Part shown: positions 59,679 to 64,000 of the stretch, piece after piece
Layout of the letters: every line of letters begins with the position of its first letter
Position numbering within the stretch: position 1 is the first letter of the stretch
Source of the DNA: a virus
Taxonomy: Duplodnaviria; Caudoviricetes
DNA: 64,000 bases
Strand: one strand, 5' to 3'
Virus record (IMG/VR): IMGVR_UViG_3300028887_000079
Location: 67,712 to 131,711 of that record
Translations under genes and position numbers: made by a program
Notes under the pieces: model-generated
What the model was told of the DNA's origin: nothing
The model's database searches: none
What the model saw: the letters and a program-made list of their open reading frames with translations, nothing else

Positions 59679-60887
59679 TTACCTCAGGTCTTCAGGTTGA
59701 TAGCCAAATTGGGCAGCGATGTGCGCCAGCACTGCACGCGTAACGATCTTGCGTTCCGGGGCATTGAGCTTGTTGTCCGTAACGTCCGGATCCGTGTTCG
59801 CAATGTGGTTTCCGGCATAGGTGGAAAGGGCGGTGATTTCGTGGAGAGCCTTATCGAGTTGACCATCCTTCTGCAGTTTATCAAGAACCTTGCGCACCTC
59901 CTTCATAGTGATGCGGTTCAGGACTGCCTCGGACTTGCGTTCGTCCGCAACGCGGCGAGCGGCCTCGACTGGGCCGACCCCATCGTTCCAGCAATCATCA
60001 ATCATCGCCGGATTCATGTTAATCAGGCGGTCCGCCTCGTCCCCGGATTTGCCCATATCCTTTGTGAGGGCAGTCCAAATATCAAGGCAATAAGTGCGAA
60101 GATCCCCGCCCTCGTTGAGGCCTTCGCCCTTGCGATTGCTCCAAACGACTTCGCTTTCGGTGTGGCCGTTTTCTTTCCAAAGAGCAACGATGTGGTAGAG
60201 ACCTTTCGGGTTTTCGCCCAAAGCCTTTTCAAGGGCGGAAATAACCTCCTTGTCGGATCCGGATGCGATATCATCCAGCTCATCCCCGTCCTTGTCAATT
60301 TCATAGAGGGTATAGTAGTCAACCGTGGAGTGGCGGTCCATAGAACCGGGCTCCTTGATTTTCTTTGGAATCTTTGCTTCGGATGTGCCTTCCAGCTTGG
60401 CAATCGCATTTTCGATTGTCTTAGGCGTAAGACGGATTGTGAAGGAGCAGGTCGGGCGACCCCAAGAAGAGGATTCTCCGCCCTTATCCCACTTGCCGTC
60501 ATATTCCTTTTCAATGACCTTGCCTTTCAGCTTGACCGATTTGCCGTTGTGGCGCACAGTGAAGGAAACCGTATCGCCTTCCCAAATGCCGGATTTGTCG
60601 GAGCACACCTTTTCCTTGTGGGTATGCCAGTTGGGGTTTCTCGGATCTTCGCTGCCGCCGAAACCAATCGTGGCGCCATCCGTGATAGTGACTTCTTCGG
60701 GCACACCATCATAGCGGGCGTATACACAATTTTCGTTGCGCGTCTGCGCACGCTTGAGCGAATCCAATCCAGGGAAAACATCCCAACCGCCAAACCATTC
60801 CTCGTATTCACCATCGGGAAGTCTTCCCAACCTATCGAGGTCCTTGGCGGCATCTTCGTTCTTTTCAACAAAACTCAATCTCGGCAT
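59679..60887 (-). CDS. multi-domain putative internal virion protein
   Basis: MPRLSFVEKNED; linkers TSEA, LNEG and RKSEA. Confidence 0.7.
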   Translation of the reverse strand: MPRLSFVEKNEDAAKDLDRLGRLPDGEYEEWFGGWDVFPGLDSLKRAQTRNENCVYARYDGVPEEVTITDGATIGFGGSEDPRNPNWHTHKEKVCSDKSGIWEGDTVSFTVRHNGKSVKLKGKVIEKEYDGKWDKGGESSSWGRPTCSFTIRLTPKTIENAIAKLEGTSEAKIPKKIKEPGSMDRHSTVDYYTLYEIDKDGDELDDIASGSDKEVISALEKALGENPKGLYHIVALWKENGHTESEVVWSNRKGEGLNEGGDLRTYCLDIWTALTKDMGKSGDEADRLINMNPAMIDDCWNDGVGPVEAARRVADERKSEAVLNRITMKEVRKVLDKLQKDGQLDKALHEITALSTYAGNHIANTDPDVTDNKLNAPERKIVTRAVLAHIAAQFGYQPEDLR

Positions 60888-60922
60888 AAAATCCTCTTTC
60901 GACTTAAATATACGGACAAGTC

Positions 60923-62557
60923 CTATCCGCCATACTTGGCGTAAAGGTCGCTGTAGTTCCTGATGATGCCCCAGTAGGTTTCATCATCCAGCCCGGCGTC
61001 CATTGCGGCGGCCTGCGAATCCATCAGCATGTTGTATTTGCCGCCCATTTGAACCTTGCGGTATGCGGCAAATTCGTCCGCCGTGATTTCATCGGCGCTC
61101 TTCGGATTCAACTTTTCATTCTTCTCGACAACGGAGAAGAGGGGTGTGCCGTGGATCTCGGCATCCGGGTTTTCCATAAAGAAAGCAGTCAGTGCGTTCT
61201 TCTTTGCGGTTTCTTTGTCCGGCCCAACGCCATAGGCGATTGTTTCCTTGCCGGAGTATTCGGGGTCAAATTCGTCAAGATACTGGATCTTGGCGGAGAC
61301 CTTCATTTCCCAACCGCCGTTATCCAAGGCAATTTGAAGCGTTTCGTCAAGGGATGCAAACTCGTCCGTGAAAATCTTTTCGAGTTCATCGAGATCCTTG
61401 AAGTTCAATTCCGCAACGACTTCGGAAGTGCCATCCTTGAGATTGTCCGCATAGCGGCCAATTACGCCGACATCCGGAAGAATGCGCCAAGACACGCCGC
61501 ACAATTCCCCGTCCATTGTTTTGGGGTAAACATCAATGCCGCTGTGCTTGGGGTCATCGTTGATGTCCAGCTTGAAGAGTTTAGTTCCGGCGGCGGACCA
61601 AGCAGCATTCACTGCGCCTTTGATTTCGGAGTTGTTCATAGCATCCTCTTTGATGGAGGCGCCTGCCGTAATCCTCTTTTGAAGACTGCGGAACGCGCCG
61701 GTAAGCAGTTGTTCAAGATCTTTGAGCGATTCCACGCCCATGCACGAAGTAGCGTTCTTCGCATTGTGGGTCGGGTAGTGGTCGACTTCGATTTTCTTCA
61801 GGCTATTGAGGACCGGATGCGGGAAATTGATTTCCCACTTATCGTCAACCTCATCGTGCCCGTTCAAGCCCTTGGTGTAGATAATGACGTGGCCGCCCAA
61901 GCGGACAATGTCCAATTCAAAATCCTTGGCGCCACTTGCATTCCAAGCAGCGCGTGCGGTGTTTTGAATATCTCGCGGGGTCAAGGGTTCAAGCGATGCC
62001 TCGTTCTTGTTTTCAAATTTCTCGATAGCCATAACTTCAAGATCCTCAACTTCGGCGCCGATGCTGTCGGCGAAGTTTTGTTTCATAGCAGCGCTGAAAC
62101 TTTCAGGGCCGGAACCTTCATACGCATCTTCGATATGCGTGGTCCAGTCACCAGCCTTGTTTTTGCAATAGGTGGTATCGTTTGGGCCTTTATGGGCAAG
62201 CACATAGGTCATTTCGGCTTCCCGTGTTTCGGGCTTGCGGCCGAGATCGTCCATAATCCATTTGGCAACCGCCGTGACGGACGCTTCGCCCTTCGTGGCA
62301 TCGCCAGTAATGCTCTTGCGGCGAACGCCGGGGAAAAAGATCCGCCAAGTGTCGCCGTCAAGGACTATATTGTATTTCGGCCGAGAATCGCGTTCTAAGG
62401 CGATTTCGAGGCCCGGCAATGTATTTGCCTGCCCCACATAAAAATCGGGCTTAGAACGCACGGAAACCGCCAAATCCGGCGCCATACGCTGGATGAGGCG
62501 TTTCAATTCTTCTACCAAGTCGATTTCTTGGACCGAACCTTCCCGTTTACTTCCCAT
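60923..62557 (-). CDS. multi-domain putative internal virion protein
   Basis: MGSKREG; linkers TREA, KNEA, IKED and EKNEK; duplicated AAW..G...F.LDI domain. Confidence 0.7.
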   Translation of the reverse strand: MGSKREGSVQEIDLVEELKRLIQRMAPDLAVSVRSKPDFYVGQANTLPGLEIALERDSRPKYNIVLDGDTWRIFFPGVRRKSITGDATKGEASVTAVAKWIMDDLGRKPETREAEMTYVLAHKGPNDTTYCKNKAGDWTTHIEDAYEGSGPESFSAAMKQNFADSIGAEVEDLEVMAIEKFENKNEASLEPLTPRDIQNTARAAWNASGAKDFELDIVRLGGHVIIYTKGLNGHDEVDDKWEINFPHPVLNSLKKIEVDHYPTHNAKNATSCMGVESLKDLEQLLTGAFRSLQKRITAGASIKEDAMNNSEIKGAVNAAWSAAGTKLFKLDINDDPKHSGIDVYPKTMDGELCGVSWRILPDVGVIGRYADNLKDGTSEVVAELNFKDLDELEKIFTDEFASLDETLQIALDNGGWEMKVSAKIQYLDEFDPEYSGKETIAYGVGPDKETAKKNALTAFFMENPDAEIHGTPLFSVVEKNEKLNPKSADEITADEFAAYRKVQMGGKYNMLMDSQAAAMDAGLDDETYWGIIRNYSDLYAKYGG

Positions 62558-62567
62558 TTGCTTACCC

Positions 62568-63443
62568 TTAGATGTCCGTCATGCCCTGCTTGGCAACATC
62601 CAAACCGGCATTGTTTCCGGTGTCGGTCTGCGGCATCACAGCACGGCTCGGGGCGTTCTTAATCGGCTTGTTTGAGGTAGCCATAATGCCCGCGTTACCC
62701 AAGATGGAGTTGCGCACCGCATTCTTGCTGACTGGGGAGTTGTAGTAGTCCTGATAAACATCGACCATCTTGTCCGTGATGTTCTTGTCAAGGTAATCCT
62801 TGAGTTTGTCATCGCCGTCTTTCAGCCAGTCGAAAATGTTCATGCCCGGTTCAACCTTGCTGGACGGAACCTTACCGCCGTTGGCAACCGCGATAGCGCC
62901 CTGGAAGTCACGGAGCATATCCGCCGGATCCTGAGGATTATCGCCAGCCGAATTCTTGAACACGATGGAATTGATCTTGCAGTTCGGGTTGAGCAGGAAT
63001 ACCTGCGACCAGCGGTGGTGGCCGTCAACGATGTAATGCGTGCCGTTGTAGTCATAGACCACGAGCGGGAGGTTGATGGTGACCGGGCCGTCGGCAAGAA
63101 TCTTCTTCTGCTGTTCGGGGTCTTTGGGGTTAACCTGATAGGACAGCGATTTGCCCACATCGATTTCGTTCTGTGTGGGGTGCAGGTCCTTGGCGGCGAT
63201 AGGTTCTTCGGTCCATTTCATCTTGTCAGCGAGAGTGCCGTTGCCGAAACCAAGTTCGAGCAGGTCAAGCTGATCCGGCGTCAAGTTGTTGAGCGCGTTG
63301 ACGAGATCCGGCATATCCTTTTGATTTTTGAGTGTTTGGACTTCTTTGTCGAATTGCGGCTTCTGTGCGGAGGCATCAGGCTGCTGACTCACCTCTTCTT
63401 CTTCGTTCCGCTTTTTCGCTTCGAATCTTTTTTTGATGAACAT
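62568..63443 (-). CDS. ParB/Srx-like domain protein
   Basis: DLHPTQNEID and YIVDGHHRW motifs; N-terminus KKRNE. Confidence 0.75.
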   Translation of the reverse strand: MFIKKRFEAKKRNEEEEVSQQPDASAQKPQFDKEVQTLKNQKDMPDLVNALNNLTPDQLDLLELGFGNGTLADKMKWTEEPIAAKDLHPTQNEIDVGKSLSYQVNPKDPEQQKKILADGPVTINLPLVVYDYNGTHYIVDGHHRWSQVFLLNPNCKINSIVFKNSAGDNPQDPADMLRDFQGAIAVANGGKVPSSKVEPGMNIFDWLKDGDDKLKDYLDKNITDKMVDVYQDYYNSPVSKNAVRNSILGNAGIMATSNKPIKNAPSRAVMPQTDTGNNAGLDVAKQGMTDI

Positions 63444-63461
63444 GGGTATTACTCCTTTTGG

Positions 63462-64000
63462 TTAATTCTTGTCGGCGTAGTTTTTCATACGCGCTAAATG
63501 CTGCTCGGCGGCATCCTTCTTTGCGAAAGAGGCGAGGATGCGCCCATCGGTGTGGCTACGAATCACCCACGGAGCATCCTCGCCCTTCGAGTTCTTGTGG
63601 CCTTTTTCATATTCCAGCTTTTCGTAAGACGATTCGGACTTTTCATTAAATTCGCATGAGGTCCAGTTTGTGGCGGTGAAATGGTCGCGGATATACTGCT
63701 TCGGATCTTCCGAAATTTCAGTGCTCCAAATCACATCGTATCCGTTGCCGGACCACTTCCCGGTGCGACCGGTATTTTTATACTTGTATACCTGCATCAG
63801 GGTTTTGCCATCGAACACAAAGTTATTGGAACTGCCACGGACGCGTGCGCCGCCATCACCGAGGGTATCGTATGCGGCTTTCCAAGTAGGATACACGCCA
63901 TCCTTGCTCACCGAACCATTTTCCGGATCCATAGAATACACGGTATATTCGGTAGATTCGGACTTACGCTTCGATTCATCACCCGCCGGGTCAAATCCGG
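63462..64000 (-). CDS. multi-domain protein, start lies beyond window end
   Basis: Frame is open to the window end (..DESKRKSESTEY..); EKSES linker. Confidence 0.7.
   Translation of the reverse strand, partial: GFDPAGDESKRKSESTEYTVYSMDPENGSVSKDGVYPTWKAAYDTLGDGGARVRGSSNNFVFDGKTLMQVYKYKNTGRTGKWSGNGYDVIWSTEISEDPKQYIRDHFTATNWTSCEFNEKSESSYEKLEYEKGHKNSKGEDAPWVIRSHTDGRILASFAKKDAAEQHLARMKNYADKN

Noticed and set aside
1-64000. CRISPR array, integrase/transposase, queE, major capsid, terminase
   Set aside because: No regularly spaced repeats or diagnostic motifs (e.g. radical-SAM CxxxCxxC with QueE context) were seen in this window.
1-64000. Alternative genetic code
   Set aside because: Recognisable genes are intact in code 11, all three stops are used, and there is no suppressor tRNA.

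Overview
This is a 64-kb segment of a large, myovirus-like, probably jumbo dsDNA phage; the host cannot be identified from sequence alone. It encodes a T4 gp21-like prohead protease, a gp20-like portal, baseplate/tail-fibre genes, a dispersed 7-deazaguanine (preQ0) pathway (folE, queC, queD fusion, TGT/DpdA-like gene, ParB-like gene, purine PRTase), HU/IHF, RuvC-like resolvase, NADAR, ATP-dependent ligase, a sigma-like protein and a Rep/primase-like gene beside a candidate origin. It also carries a tmRNA, two tRNA/ncRNA clusters and many small hypothetical genes. Three observations stand out. (1) A leader-peptide attenuator sits upstream of the six-tRNA operon, and its control codons (Y/N/E/A/S) match the tRNAs it gates, suggesting the phage makes tRNAs only when host tRNAs are depleted. 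(2) About a dozen unrelated proteins share an N-terminal MAKIKL..KNE-type signal and internal K-x-E linkers, suggesting capsid-targeted, protease-processed polyproteins. (3) A ~3.6-kb array of structured RNAs includes several with tRNA-like ends. All family assignments come from motif recognition by eye; no searches were run.
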